From an uncultured Gemmatimonadaceae bacterium (GTDB lineage Bacteria > Gemmatimonadota > Gemmatimonadetes > Gemmatimonadales > Gemmatimonadaceae), in assembly GCA_963761305.1 (NCBI GenBank), contig CAVXGK010000002.1:320001-384000 (forward strand): a stretch of DNA of 64,000 bases, in the 5' to 3' direction. Of this stretch, positions 1 through 10,699 are shown piece after piece. Both the position numbers and the translations under genes were made by a program. Position 1 is the stretch's first letter, and the number at the start of each line of letters is the position of its first letter. The notes beneath the pieces were generated by a model. It was not told the origin of the DNA, did no database searches, and saw nothing but the letters and a program-made list of their open reading frames with translations.

Positions 1-307
1 TGCTGAGTCCGAGCGCGAGGAGCAACGGCCGCGACCGGTAGTACGCGCTTGCCGCGTCGTGCGGGTGCGTCAGCAGCGAACCGAGAATGGATTGCGCGAC
101 GTCGTGTCCGCGCGCCGAGAACTGGTAGAGCACGAGGTGTTCACGCGGCACGTTCGCGCGGTTCTTGTTCGTCGCCTCTTCGACGTCGTCGAGGGAGCGC
201 GATACCAGCGCGTTGTATGCGATGCGACGCCAGTCGAACCGCCCATCGGGGGGGGGCGCAGTCATCGACGTCGCGGGAGCCGCGGCGGCGGAGGCCTTGC
301 TACCCAC
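1..307 (-). CDS. TPP-dependent 2-oxoacid dehydrogenase E1 component (probably alpha/beta fused), N-terminal part; runs off the left edge
   Basis: Manual minus-strand translation (not in the ORF track): ...FDWRRIAYNALVSRSLDDVEE...LYQFSARGHDVAQSILG...HPHDAASAYYRSRPLLLALG. Start is GTG at 307 or ATG at 265 (same frame). Confidence 0.75.
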   Translation of the reverse strand, partial: MGSKASAAAAPATSMTAPPPDGRFDWRRIAYNALVSRSLDDVEEATNKNRANVPREHLVLYQFSARGHDVAQSILGSLLTHPHDAASAYYRSRPLLLALGLS

Positions 308-506
308 GCGAGTCCGTGGGCCGCGTGGTGCCGGAAGTGTGGTCACGTCTCGAAATCTGCCCCCGCGCGAGCAGCGATTCCAGCGCGCCCAGAAAGCGTC
401 GCGGGCCGGGCCGGGAACGGGCTAGTTTCCACGCCAAGTAGAGGAGAAGCATTCCTGCAACAGACGATCGTCAGCGACCAATCGTCGCATTCACGGCTTC
501 CGAGGC

Positions 507-1289
507 ATGCCCGACATTCTATTCGAAGTTGCCGACGGCGTGGCTACGATCACGCTCAACCGGCCCGACGTCCTGAACAGCTTCACCCGCCCGATGGCGG
601 CCGCCATGCTGGACGCGCTCAACCGGGCGGCCGAGGACAGCGCCATTCGCGCCGTCCTCCTCACCGGCGCCGGCCGGGGATTCTGCGCCGGCCAGGACCT
701 CGCTGAGGCTGCGCCAAAAGGCGAGGTCTTGCCCGACCTCGGCGATTTCGTGCGCGACGGCTACAACCCGATCGTGCGCGCCATTCGCACCATCGAGAAG
801 CCGGTCGTGTGCGCGGTGAACGGCGTCGCCGCCGGCGCCGGCGCCAACCTCGCGTTCGCCTGCGACATCGTCTTCGCGTCGTCGACCGCGACCTTCATCC
901 AGTCGTTCGCCAGGATCGGCGTCATCCCCGACAGCGGCGGCACGTTCATTCTGCCGCGCATTGTCGGGCTTCAGCGCGCGTCGGTCATGACGATGCTCGC
1001 CGAGAAGATGACGGCCGAGCAGGCGCGCGACTGGGGGCTCGTGTACATGGTCGTCGAGCCGCCCGCGCTCGTCGAGACGGCGCTCGGCACGGCCAAGTAT
1101 CTCGCGACGCAGCCGACGCGCGGACTCGGCCTCATCAAGCGCGGTTTCAATCGGTCCCTCGGCGTCGATCTCGAGACGCAGTTGGATTTCGAGGAGGAGT
1201 TGCAGCGCGAAGCCGGTGCAACCGCCGACTACGCCGAGGGCGTGCATGCGTTCCTCGAGAAGCGAAAGCCGGTGTTCACCGGCCGCTGA
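507..1289 (+). CDS. paaG: PaaG-type enoyl-CoA hydratase/isomerase (ring 1,2-epoxyphenylacetyl-CoA isomerase)
   Basis: Crotonase motifs ITLNRP, GAGRGFCAGQDL, AVNGVAAGAGANLA, IPDSGG; first gene of a paa cluster. Confidence 0.85.
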   Translation: MPDILFEVADGVATITLNRPDVLNSFTRPMAAAMLDALNRAAEDSAIRAVLLTGAGRGFCAGQDLAEAAPKGEVLPDLGDFVRDGYNPIVRAIRTIEKPVVCAVNGVAAGAGANLAFACDIVFASSTATFIQSFARIGVIPDSGGTFILPRIVGLQRASVMTMLAEKMTAEQARDWGLVYMVVEPPALVETALGTAKYLATQPTRGLGLIKRGFNRSLGVDLETQLDFEEELQREAGATADYAEGVHAFLEKRKPVFTGR

Positions 1290-2473
1290 TGACGCTCGAC
1301 TCGAACACGGTGGTCGGCGTCGTCGGCGCCGGCGCGATGGGAACGGGGATCGCGCAGGTCGCGGCGGCGGCGGGACACAAGGTAGTGCTCGCCGACGCGA
1401 CGTCGGGAGCGGTCGATCGTGCACGCGCATCCATCACCAAATCGATGGCGCGCGATCTCGAGAAAAGGCGAGTTACCAGCGAGGCGGCCGACGCGCTCGT
1501 GGCGCGCATCGAGTTTCACGCGGCGCCGCTCGATCAGGACGCGTTCGCGTTTCGCAATTGCGGGCTCGTGATCGAAGCGATCATCGAGGACCTGGACGCA
1601 AAACGCGCCCTGGTATGCCGTCTCGAGCACGCGGCGCCGAAAGCGATCTTGGCGACGAACACGTCGTCGCTCTCGGTGACCGCGATCGCGGCTTCGTGCC
1701 AGGAGCCGGAACGCGTGATCGGCCTTCACTTCTTCAATCCGCCGCCGCTGATGCCGCTCGTCGAGGTCGTCCCGCGAGTCGGTGGTGAGACGTCGCTCGT
1801 CGATCAAGCCGTGCAACTGATGCGCGCCTGGGGAAAAACGCCCGTCGTCGCGTCGGACACGCCGGGGTTCATCGTGAATCGTGTCGCGCGGCCGTTCTAC
1901 GGCGAGTCGATCCGCATTCTCGAGGAGGGCATCGCCGACTGTGCGACGATCGATTGGGCGATGCGCGACCTGGCGGGATTCCGCATGGGACCGTTCGAGC
2001 TGATGGACTTCATCGGCAACGACGTCAACTACGCGGTTACGCGCTCGGTGTATGAGGGCATGTTCCACGATCCGCGCTACAAGCCGTCGATCACGCAGCA
2101 GCGGCTCGTGGAGGCGGGACGGTTCGGTCGAAAGAGCGGCCTCGGATACTACGAGTATTCGTCCGACGCGCGGCCGGAGCCGACGAAAGACTCCGCCCTC
2201 GGCCAGCGCATCGTCGACCGCGTGCTCGCGATGCTGATGAACGAGGCGATCGACGCCGTCTACATGCGCGTGGCGTCGCCCGCCGACGTCGACCTCGCGA
2301 TGACGCGCGGCGTCAACTATCCCAAAGGATTGCTCGCCTGGGCCGACGAACTGGGTGCGCCGGCCGTTCTCGGTCGGATGGAACGCTTGCAGTCGGAATA
2401 CGCCGAGGATCGCTATCGTCCGAGCCCGCTGCTGCGCCGCGTCGCCCGAGAGGGAGGTCGGTTCATCTCGTGA
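1289..2473 (+). CDS. paaH: 3-hydroxyacyl-CoA dehydrogenase (PaaH)
   Basis: GAGAMGTGIA Rossmann motif, ATNTSSL, GLHFFNP, DTPGFIVNR; ATG at 1289 overlaps the paaG stop (TGATG). Confidence 0.88.
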   Translation: MTLDSNTVVGVVGAGAMGTGIAQVAAAAGHKVVLADATSGAVDRARASITKSMARDLEKRRVTSEAADALVARIEFHAAPLDQDAFAFRNCGLVIEAIIEDLDAKRALVCRLEHAAPKAILATNTSSLSVTAIAASCQEPERVIGLHFFNPPPLMPLVEVVPRVGGETSLVDQAVQLMRAWGKTPVVASDTPGFIVNRVARPFYGESIRILEEGIADCATIDWAMRDLAGFRMGPFELMDFIGNDVNYAVTRSVYEGMFHDPRYKPSITQQRLVEAGRFGRKSGLGYYEYSSDARPEPTKDSALGQRIVDRVLAMLMNEAIDAVYMRVASPADVDLAMTRGVNYPKGLLAWADELGAPAVLGRMERLQSEYAEDRYRPSPLLRRVAREGGRFIS

Positions 2474-2925
2474 CCGCGTCGAAACCGACCACAGCCGACG
2501 CGCAGACCCTCGCCGAGCGAGTCGTGTCCGCAATGATGTCGCGCGACGCGTTCAGTCGGTGGCTGGGCATCGAGGTGTTGGAGGTTCGGCCGCGAGGCGT
2601 GACGATCCGGATGACGGTGCGCGATGACATGCTGAACGGGTTTGGCGTGTGCCACGGCGGTGCGGTGTTCTCGCTCGCCGACAGCGCGCTGGCGTTCGCA
2701 TGCAACACGCACGGCCGCGTGACGGTGAGCATCGAGAACAGCATTACGTATCCGACGGCCATTCGCGCCGGCGACGAGCTCACGGCGGTGGCCATCGAGG
2801 AGAGCGCGACCCGCAAACTGGCGTTTTACCGCGTCGAGGTGAAGCGCGCGGGTGCGATCGTCAGCATCTTTCGGGGGACCGTGTACGACACCGAGAAGCC
2901 CTTTTTCACCGACGAGCGCTCGTGA
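2470..2925 (+). CDS. paaI: Phenylacetyl-CoA thioesterase PaaI (hotdog fold)
   Basis: MLNGFGVCHGGAVFSLADSALAFACN motif; GTGA coupling. Confidence 0.9.
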   Translation: MTASKPTTADAQTLAERVVSAMMSRDAFSRWLGIEVLEVRPRGVTIRMTVRDDMLNGFGVCHGGAVFSLADSALAFACNTHGRVTVSIENSITYPTAIRAGDELTAVAIEESATRKLAFYRVEVKRAGAIVSIFRGTVYDTEKPFFTDERS

Positions 2926-4133
2926 CGCAGGCAGCCTACCTCATCGACGGAATTCGAACGCCGGTCGGCAACCTCGGCGGCGCGCTGAGCGAGGCGCGCC
3001 CCGACGATTTGGCCGCGCTCGTCATCGCCGAGGTGATGAAGCGCAACGCGGCGCTCGATCCGTTGCGCGTGAGCGACGTCGTGTTCGGCTGCGCGAATCA
3101 AGCGGGGGAGGACAACCGGAACGTCGCGCGCATGGCGCTCCTCCTCGCCGGTTTGCCGACGTCGGTGCCGGGTGAGACGGTGAATCGGTTGTGCGCGTCG
3201 GGGATGAGCGCCGTGATCAACGCGGCGCGCGCGGTGCAGGTCGGTGACGGCGATGTTTATGTGGCGGGCGGCGCCGAGAGCATGACCCGCGCGCCGTACG
3301 CGATGTCGAAAGGGAGCAAGCCGTTCGCGCGCGACATCGAGCTGTTCGACACGAGCCTCGGCTGGCGCTTCGTGAATCCGCGCATGAAGTCCAAGTACGG
3401 CACGGACTCGATGGGGCAAACGGCGGAGAACGTCGCCGAGCAGTATCACGTCTCGCGAGCGGATCAGGATCTCTTCGCGTTGCGCTCGCAGCAGAAGGCC
3501 GCGTCGGCGCGGTCGGCAGGGCGATTCCAGGGCGAGATCGTCCCCGTTCAGATTCCTCAGAAGAAGGGCGCGCCGAAGTGCGTGGACGCAGACGAGTTCC
3601 TCCGTCCCGACACGACGCTCGAGATTCTCGCCGCGCTCAAGCCGGCGTTCCGAGCTGAAGGCGGGTCGGTGACGGCCGGCAACTCGTCGGGGCTGAACGA
3701 CGGCGCCGCGGCGCTGCTCGTCGCGTCCGAGGCAGGGGCGAAGGAAATCGGTGCGTCGCCGATCGCGCGCATCGTGGCGAGCGCGGTCGCCGGTGTCGAG
3801 CCGCGGATCATGGGCATGGGCCCGGTGCCGTCGTCGCGACTGGCGCTCGCGCGCGCCAAGCTCACGCTCGACCACATGGACGTGATCGAGCTGAACGAGG
3901 CGTTCGCCGCGCAATCGCTCGCCTGTCTGCGCGAGCTGAAAATCGCCGACGACGATCCGCGCGTGAATCCCAACGGCGGCGCCATCGCGCTGGGCCATCC
4001 GCTCGGCATGTCGGGGGCGCGGCTGCTGCTCACCGCGGCGCGCGAGCTGCAAGCGCGCGGCGGGCGCTACGCGCTCTGCACGATGTGCATCGGCGTGGGC
4101 CAGGGAATGGCGACCATCCTGGAACGCGTTTGA
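2922..4133 (+). CDS. paaJ: 3-oxoadipyl-CoA thiolase (PaaJ/PcaF)
   Basis: GCANQAGEDNRNVARM, NRLCASG, NEAFA, GHPLG, CIGVGQG; GTG at 2922 overlaps the paaI stop. Confidence 0.9.
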   Translation: MTQAAYLIDGIRTPVGNLGGALSEARPDDLAALVIAEVMKRNAALDPLRVSDVVFGCANQAGEDNRNVARMALLLAGLPTSVPGETVNRLCASGMSAVINAARAVQVGDGDVYVAGGAESMTRAPYAMSKGSKPFARDIELFDTSLGWRFVNPRMKSKYGTDSMGQTAENVAEQYHVSRADQDLFALRSQQKAASARSAGRFQGEIVPVQIPQKKGAPKCVDADEFLRPDTTLEILAALKPAFRAEGGSVTAGNSSGLNDGAAALLVASEAGAKEIGASPIARIVASAVAGVEPRIMGMGPVPSSRLALARAKLTLDHMDVIELNEAFAAQSLACLRELKIADDDPRVNPNGGAIALGHPLGMSGARLLLTAARELQARGGRYALCTMCIGVGQGMATILERV

Positions 4134-4158
4134 CTTCTATGATGATTGTGAGGCTTTC

Positions 4159-6249
4159 ATGACGACGACAGCGCGGGCGCCGCGGTTGATCGGGGTCGCC
4201 GGAAGCGAGCCGCGACGGCTCGAGAACTTTGTGAACGGGCGTTGGGTGGCGGCGAGCGGCGCGGCGACCGACCTCTTTCACGCGGTCACCGGCGAAAAGA
4301 TCGCCGAAGCATCGACCAGCGGGATCGACTTCGGCGGAATGGTCGAGTACGCCCGTCGCGTCGGCGGACCCGCCCTTCGTCGCATGACGTTCCACGAGCG
4401 CGCGCTGATGCTCAAGGCGATGGCGCAGCGCCTCATGGAATTGAAAGAGGAGTTCTACGCGGTCTCCGCCGCGACCGGCGCCACGCGCACCGATTCGTGG
4501 ATCGACGTCGAGGGAGGCATTGGAACATTCTTTGCCTACGCCTCGCGCGGCCGGCGCGAGTTCCCCAACGAGACCTTCTATATAGATGGCCCGCCTGAGC
4601 CGCTCTCCAAGGGTGGCACCTTCATCGGTCGCCATATCTGCGTTCCCATCGAAGGCGTCGCCGTCCACATCAACGCCTTCAACTTCCCCGTGTGGGGAAT
4701 GCTGGAGAAGCTCGCGCCGACGCTGCTGGCCGGTGTGCCGGCCATCGTGAAGCCGGCGACGATCACGTCGTATCTGGCCGAGTCGGTGTTCCGCGCGATG
4801 ATCGACGCGCGGATTTTCCCCGACGGCGCGATTCAACTGCTCTGCGGCAGCGCCGGCGACCTCCTCGACCATCTCGACGCGCAGTGCGCGGTGGCGTTCA
4901 CCGGATCGGCGACCACGGGGCGCATGCTCAAGACGTCCAAGAGGATCGTCGACGAGAGCGTTCGCTTCAACATGGAAGCCGACTCGCTCAACTACTCGAT
5001 GCTCGGCCCCGACGCCGTCCCCGGCACGCCGGAGTTCGACCTCTTCGTGAAGGAGGTCGTGCGCGAGATGACGGTGAAAGCCGGGCAGAAGTGCACGGCG
5101 ATTCGTCGCACCATCGTTCCTGAGTCGGTGCTGCAGGACGTCATGGCGGCGATCGGCAAGCGTCTGGACTCGACGACGGTCGGCGATCCGGCGGTTGACG
5201 GTGTTCGCATGGGCCCGTTGGCGGGGCGCGCGCAGGTCAGTGAAGTGCGAAAGAGCGTGGACGCGATCGCCCGCGGCGCGGAGCTCGTGCACGGGAATCT
5301 CGACGACTTCGCCGTCGTCGGCGCGGATCGACAGCGCGGCGCGTTCTTTCCGCCGCTCTTGTTCTACTCGCGCGAGCCGCTCACCGCGCAGGCGCCGCAC
5401 GACGTCGAGGCGTTCGGGCCGGTGAACACGGTGATGCCCTACAAATCGCTCGACGACGCCATCGAGCTGGCGAAGAAGGGAAAGGGCAGCCTCGTGGGAT
5501 CGGTGTTTACGGCGGACGATCGCGTGGCGCGCGACGTCGTCATGGGAACGGCGGCATATCACGGCCGACTGGTGCTCGTGAATCGTGACAGCGCCAAGGA
5601 GTCCACGGGCCATGGTTCGCCGCTGCCGCATCTCGTGCACGGCGGCCCGGGTCGCGCCGGCGGCGGCGAGGAGATGGGCGGCGCGCGCGGCGTGCTCCAC
5701 TACATGCAGCGCACCGCGCTTCAGGGTTCGCCGACGACGCTGATGCACGTCGTCAACGAATACATGCCGGGCGCCGCGCGCACGACCGACGCCGTGCATC
5801 CATTCCGCAAGTATTTCGACGACCTGCACGTCGGCGACGCGCTGGTCACGGCTCGGCGCACCGTCACGGAAGCGGACATCGTCAACTTCGCCGGGATCAG
5901 CGGCGATTTCTTCTACGCGCACATGGACGACATCGCCGCGCGCGATTCATTATTCGAGGGGCGCGTTGCGCACGGGTATTTCGTACTGTCCGCGGCCGCG
6001 GGCCTCTTCGTCGATCCGGCGCCCGGGCCGGTGCTGGCCAACTACGGTTTGGAGAGTCTTCGGTTCGTGAAACCCGTGTATCCGGGTGATACGATTCAGG
6101 CGACGCTTACGGTGAAGCAGAAGACGCCGAAAGATCCGAAGCCCGACCAGCCGCTGCAGGGCGTGGTCGCATGGGACGTCGAGGTCAAAAACCAGACGGG
6201 AGAGCCGGTCGCCGTGTACACGATTCTGACGCTCGTTCGACGCCGGTGA
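4159..6249 (+). CDS. paaZ: Bifunctional oxepin-CoA hydrolase / aldehyde dehydrogenase PaaZ (ALDH + MaoC)
   Basis: [38 protein letters not shown], plus C-terminal MaoC domain ([15 protein letters not shown]). Confidence 0.93.
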   Translation: MTTTARAPRLIGVAGSEPRRLENFVNGRWVAASGAATDLFHAVTGEKIAEASTSGIDFGGMVEYARRVGGPALRRMTFHERALMLKAMAQRLMELKEEFYAVSAATGATRTDSWIDVEGGIGTFFAYASRGRREFPNETFYIDGPPEPLSKGGTFIGRHICVPIEGVAVHINAFNFPVWGMLEKLAPTLLAGVPAIVKPATITSYLAESVFRAMIDARIFPDGAIQLLCGSAGDLLDHLDAQCAVAFTGSATTGRMLKTSKRIVDESVRFNMEADSLNYSMLGPDAVPGTPEFDLFVKEVVREMTVKAGQKCTAIRRTIVPESVLQDVMAAIGKRLDSTTVGDPAVDGVRMGPLAGRAQVSEVRKSVDAIARGAELVHGNLDDFAVVGADRQRGAFFPPLLFYSREPLTAQAPHDVEAFGPVNTVMPYKSLDDAIELAKKGKGSLVGSVFTADDRVARDVVMGTAAYHGRLVLVNRDSAKESTGHGSPLPHLVHGGPGRAGGGEEMGGARGVLHYMQRTALQGSPTTLMHVVNEYMPGAARTTDAVHPFRKYFDDLHVGDALVTARRTVTEADIVNFAGISGDFFYAHMDDIAARDSLFEGRVAHGYFVLSAAAGLFVDPAPGPVLANYGLESLRFVKPVYPGDTIQATLTVKQKTPKDPKPDQPLQGVVAWDVEVKNQTGEPVAVYTILTLVRRR

Positions 6250-8870
6250 GAGCAGGATCATCGCTGCGCGCGCGTTTCGCGCTGGCCATCGTCGGTGTAT
6301 CGGCGGCGGTCGTCGTCTCGTTCGGTGCCGTCGTCTACGAACAATTGGCCGGATCGGCGACTCGGGCGGCGAACGCGCACCTCGAGCAGGCCGTGCACGA
6401 GGTCGCGGGCATGCTTGGCGCGTCCGCCAAGTCGCTGCATATGGCGATGGCGATGGTCGCCGCGGACACCGAAGTCGCCGAGTACCTTCACGCGCCGAAT
6501 CCACGCGGAGCGGAGGCGGCGCGGCAGGCGCTGCGGCGAATTGCCCCGACGCCGGGCACCGCGGGCGTCGAGCTTTGGACGGCTGACGGCACGCGAACCG
6601 CCGCGTCGACCTCGAGCTGGCCGCCCATGTCCGTCGACCAGCGCACGGCGATCATCGCTCTGGTCCGCGGGAGCGAATCGACGGCCGTCACGCCGATGGC
6701 CGTCGTGGACACGACGCTCGTGTACGCCGCCATCGCGCGAGTCGGGGATGGTGCGTCGCCACTCGGCTACGTCGTGCGGCGCGATCGCGTGATGGGTCCG
6801 GGCGCCGGCACGCCGGGATTGCGCGCGATCCTCGGCTCCGACGCATCCATCCTCGTCGGGAACTCGAACGGTGACGTTTGGACGGACTTCATGCGCCGCG
6901 TGGAGACGCCGCGGTTCGCGCGTCGCGCGTCGGGCGAGGTCGTCGTCGATACCGACGTGCCGCGGCTGGGCCGCGTCTTCGCTGCGATGAGTCCAATCGC
7001 CAATACGCCGTGGAGCCTCGTCATCGAGTTTCCGCGCGCGAGCGTGTTGCGCGACGTCCAGGACAGCATGTTCGTCATCGCTGCATTCGGCCTCGTCGCG
7101 GTGCTGCTGGCGGCGGCGCTCGCGTGGCGGCTGAGCGGGACGTTCACGCGGCCCCTCGCCGAACTGGCGAGCGCCGCGGAGGGAATCAGCGGCGGCGATT
7201 ACGATCGCCAGCTTCCGATTCGTCATGACAACGAGATCGGCGCCGTGGCCGGCGCGTTCAATCGGATGTCGTCGAGCCTGCACGTCGGCCGCAGCGCGCT
7301 CGAAGCCAAGGTCGCCGAGGCCGCGTCGTCGGCGCTGCGGCTGGAGCGGGTGATTACTTCCAGCGGCGCCGTACTGTACGAACTTGGACCGCGTGAAGGC
7401 GTCCAGACGTTCACTTGGGTCAGCGACAATGTGTTCGACGTGTTGGGCTATTGCGTCGCCGACGCGCTCGCACCGGGGTGGTGGTCCGAGAACGTGTGCG
7501 CCGACGACTTCGCCCACGCGGCGATAGCGCCGGACGCCGGCGGGGTCAGAGGCTCGGATGGCGTGCGCGAGTATCGCTTTCGGCACAAGGACGGCCGGTA
7601 TCGCTGGATCCGCGACGACCAGCGCGTTCTTCCGGACGGCGGCGAAAACGCCGGAGACGCCACGCACATCGTCGGCACTTGGCTGGACATCACCGAGCAA
7701 CGGCAACTCGAGGAGCAACTCCGCCACGCGCAGAAGATGGAAGCGATCGGCACGCTGGCCGGCGGTGTGGCGCACGATTTCAACAACATTCTCACCGTCG
7801 TCACGTCGTACGCCGAACTGCTGTCGCGCACGGAGGGCGACGTCGAGCGACGCTCCGACCTCGACGAGATCGCCGCGGCCGCGCGGCGCGCGACGCTTCT
7901 CACCCGCCAGCTGCTCACGTTCAGCCGCAAGACGATCGCCGAACCGCAATCGATCAGCGTGAGCTACATCGTGGCGCGCCTGGGCGGCATGCTGCGGCGC
8001 CTGCTCAAGGAGAACATCAAGCTCGTGCCGCGGCTGGCCGACGACGTCGCGCCGATCCTCGGCGACGTGAACCAGCTGGAGCAGGTCGTGATGAACCTCG
8101 TCATCAACGCGGCCGACGCGATGCCCGACGGCGGCACGTTGGTGATCGAGACGCAGAACATCGAGCTCGATGCGGCGTACGGGAGCACGCACGGCAGCGT
8201 GACACCGGGTCAGTACGTGATGCTCGCCGTGACCGACACCGGCACGGGCATCGATCCGAGCATCATCGACAAGATTTACGAACCGTTCTTCACGACGAAG
8301 CCGCCCGGGCACGGCACGGGACTCGGACTCGCCAGCACCTACACGATCGTGAAGGAAGCGGGCGGGCACATCTGGGCGTACAGCGAGCCGGGCCACGGCA
8401 CGACGTTCAAGATCTACTTCCCGTGGGAGCGCCGCTCGCAGTCGTCGCCCGCCCCGGCGTTGTCACCGGCCGAGCTGCGCATGACGGGAACCGCGCTCCT
8501 CGTCGAAGACGACCCGCGCGTCCGCCGTGCCGTACGCCGCATGCTCGAGCGCATCGGCTTCGAGGTGATCGAAGCGTCCGATGGTGAGGCGGGTCTCGGC
8601 ATTGCCGCCGGCCACGATGGTCCGATCGACGTCGTCGTCACCGATCTCATGATGCCGCGCCTCGGCGGCGGCGCGTTCGCCAAGCGCCTCGCGCTGTCGC
8701 GGCCCAACGTGCCGGTGGTGTTCACGTCGGGCTACACCGACGACGCGGCGTTCCGGCGCGGATTGCTGGAGTCCGAGTACACGTTCGTGCAGAAGCCGTT
8801 CACGCGCGAGCACCTCGAAGCGGCGATCGCGCGGGTGACGAGAGCGGTGAGGAAGCCAGTCGAGGTGTAA
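6246..8870 (+). CDS. Membrane hybrid sensor histidine kinase (2 TM, HAMP, PAS, HisKA, HATPase, receiver)
   Basis: [14 protein letters not shown]-box, [25 protein letters not shown], receiver [21 protein letters not shown] at 6246 overlaps the paaZ stop. Confidence 0.9.
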   Translation: MRAGSSLRARFALAIVGVSAAVVVSFGAVVYEQLAGSATRAANAHLEQAVHEVAGMLGASAKSLHMAMAMVAADTEVAEYLHAPNPRGAEAARQALRRIAPTPGTAGVELWTADGTRTAASTSSWPPMSVDQRTAIIALVRGSESTAVTPMAVVDTTLVYAAIARVGDGASPLGYVVRRDRVMGPGAGTPGLRAILGSDASILVGNSNGDVWTDFMRRVETPRFARRASGEVVVDTDVPRLGRVFAAMSPIANTPWSLVIEFPRASVLRDVQDSMFVIAAFGLVAVLLAAALAWRLSGTFTRPLAELASAAEGISGGDYDRQLPIRHDNEIGAVAGAFNRMSSSLHVGRSALEAKVAEAASSALRLERVITSSGAVLYELGPREGVQTFTWVSDNVFDVLGYCVADALAPGWWSENVCADDFAHAAIAPDAGGVRGSDGVREYRFRHKDGRYRWIRDDQRVLPDGGENAGDATHIVGTWLDITEQRQLEEQLRHAQKMEAIGTLAGGVAHDFNNILTVVTSYAELLSRTEGDVERRSDLDEIAAAARRATLLTRQLLTFSRKTIAEPQSISVSYIVARLGGMLRRLLKENIKLVPRLADDVAPILGDVNQLEQVVMNLVINAADAMPDGGTLVIETQNIELDAAYGSTHGSVTPGQYVMLAVTDTGTGIDPSIIDKIYEPFFTTKPPGHGTGLGLASTYTIVKEAGGHIWAYSEPGHGTTFKIYFPWERRSQSSPAPALSPAELRMTGTALLVEDDPRVRRAVRRMLERIGFEVIEASDGEAGLGIAAGHDGPIDVVVTDLMMPRLGGGAFAKRLALSRPNVPVVFTSGYTDDAAFRRGLLESEYTFVQKPFTREHLEAAIARVTRAVRKPVEV

Positions 8871-8956
8871 AAAGGGTGGACGCGTGGACGGTCTACGACC
8901 GAACGGTTTCGCCGTGTTCGCCGTTCTCGGAGTTCGTCACCCTCGTCGTTCGGTTT

Positions 8957-10627
8957 TCACGGCACTGCTTTCGTCGTATCTCTCAGCGTCGGGTACTTGA
9001 TCCCGAGCTGATCGAGGTACGTCTTGTACTTCGTCGGATCGTAGTAGTACTTCCGCATCTCGGCGCGGTACTTGTCCATGATCGCCTTGTTGAGCCACGT
9101 CGCGGGCTGATCTTCTGCGCGCATCAGCGGGAAGTACTTGATGTCCTTCGTCTGCACGTTGCGGAAATAGTCCCACGCTTGCGTGATGACGGTCGGCTTG
9201 GTCATGAGATCGAGCACCGTCATTGCCTGCACCTTGGCCCCGGCGACCACGCCCTTGTGCGCGATCGGCGTCGCCATCGCGATGGCGTTCCACCAGCTGT
9301 GCCCCGGCAGCCCCGGAATGTTCGACGGATAGCGCAGCGTCACGGTGGGCACGTTCCACGACACGTCGCCGATGTCGTCGCTGCCGCCGCCGCGCAGATC
9401 TTCCTGGCGCGGCGGAGCAGGGAGCTCGGTCATCGGGCGGTCCGAGAGTCCGCGCGGATTCTTCTGGCCGTATTCGCGCTGCACGCCCTTGGCCATCGTC
9501 TGGTCGGCGTCACTCCACGTCGGCATGCCCACCTGCTTGATGTTCTGGAACATGTCCTCGGCGATGACCTTGTTGAAATGCCCGGACCATCCCGAGCCGA
9601 GGATGTTCACCGACGCGAGCTTCGTGCTCGTCATCATCGCCGCCGCGGTGGCCATCGTGTCGCCGAGGGCGAAGAGGCCCTTCACGAGCGGCGAGTCGGT
9701 CTCGCGGAAGAAGTACCACACCGACGCCGTCGGCGGCACGACGTTCGGCTGGTCCCCGCCGTCGGTGATCACGTAGTGCGATCGCTGCGTGAGCGGGAGA
9801 TGCTCGCGCCGGAAGTTCCAACCCACGTCCATCAGCTCGACCGCGTCGAGCGCGCTGCGGCCCGCCCACGGCGCGGCCGCGGCGTGCGCCGCCTGGCCGA
9901 CGAAGTTGAACCGCGCGCTGATCAGAGCATTCTGTCCCGAATTACCATATGAAACGCCGAGGTCGGAGCTGACGTGGGCGAAGAGGACGATGTCGACGTC
10001 CTTGAACATGCCGGCGCGCACGAAGTACGCCTTGGCCGCCATCTGCTCCTCGGCGATGCCGGGCCACAGGTGGATCGTGCCCGTCATGTGCTCGCGTTCC
10101 ATGATCTTCTTCACGGCGATCGCCGCCGTGATGTTCATCGGCACGCCGGAGTTGTGTCCTTCACCGTGCCCCGGCGCGCCGGCGACGAGCGGATCCTTGT
10201 AGCCGACACCCGGCTTCTGGTTCGCCTGCGGAATGTCGTCGACGTCGGACCCGAGCGAGATGACCGGCTTGCCCGAGCCCCACGTCGCGTACCAGGCCGT
10301 CGGAATGCCGGCGAAGCCCCGCGTGACCTTGAAGCCGTTCTTCTCGAGAACGCTGGTCAGGTACTTGGACGTCTCCTCTTCCTGCATCCCGAGCTCACCG
10401 AAGCTGAACACTTCGTCGACCATCTGCTGCGACAGCGTGGAGAGGCTGTCGACGAGGCGCATCGCCTCCTTCTTGAGCGCCGCCAGCTTGGCGTCGTCGG
10501 TCGGGAGATCGACCGGGAAGGTCACCTCGGGTCGAGTGTCGGCGCCGCCGCGGCCACCGCGGCCTTGAGCGGACAATGGAGTCGCGACCGCCAATACAAG
10601 GGCCGGAACCAGGAAGCGCGAGGGCAT
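8957..10627 (-). CDS. Secreted M20-family amidohydrolase (AbgB-like)
   Basis: Signal peptide; ELGMQEEETS, GHGEGHN, AEEQ, GRSALDAVELM, GGDQPNVVP, GGSDDIGDVSW. Confidence 0.85.
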   Translation of the reverse strand: MPSRFLVPALVLAVATPLSAQGRGGRGGADTRPEVTFPVDLPTDDAKLAALKKEAMRLVDSLSTLSQQMVDEVFSFGELGMQEEETSKYLTSVLEKNGFKVTRGFAGIPTAWYATWGSGKPVISLGSDVDDIPQANQKPGVGYKDPLVAGAPGHGEGHNSGVPMNITAAIAVKKIMEREHMTGTIHLWPGIAEEQMAAKAYFVRAGMFKDVDIVLFAHVSSDLGVSYGNSGQNALISARFNFVGQAAHAAAAPWAGRSALDAVELMDVGWNFRREHLPLTQRSHYVITDGGDQPNVVPPTASVWYFFRETDSPLVKGLFALGDTMATAAAMMTSTKLASVNILGSGWSGHFNKVIAEDMFQNIKQVGMPTWSDADQTMAKGVQREYGQKNPRGLSDRPMTELPAPPRQEDLRGGGSDDIGDVSWNVPTVTLRYPSNIPGLPGHSWWNAIAMATPIAHKGVVAGAKVQAMTVLDLMTKPTVITQAWDYFRNVQTKDIKYFPLMRAEDQPATWLNKAIMDKYRAEMRKYYYDPTKYKTYLDQLGIKYPTLRDTTKAVP

Positions 10628-10699
10628 GAGAGAAGGCAGGCGAAGGGAATCAGACAGAAACGGACGAGCGTCAATTCTTCACGCCGCGACGAGGCCGCG

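Noticed and set aside
809..1288. Upstream extensions of track ORFs (paaH, paaJ, pdxH, sodA, dppA, S9 peptidase, actB and others)
   Set aside because: They overlap neighbouring genes; internal starts coupled to the upstream stop or followed by a signal peptide fit better
8871..8956. Short TTCGCCGT tandem and ACCGAACG/CGTTCGGT inverted repeat between convergent genes
   Set aside because: Too short and imperfect for a CRISPR or REP call; probably a weak terminator-type structure
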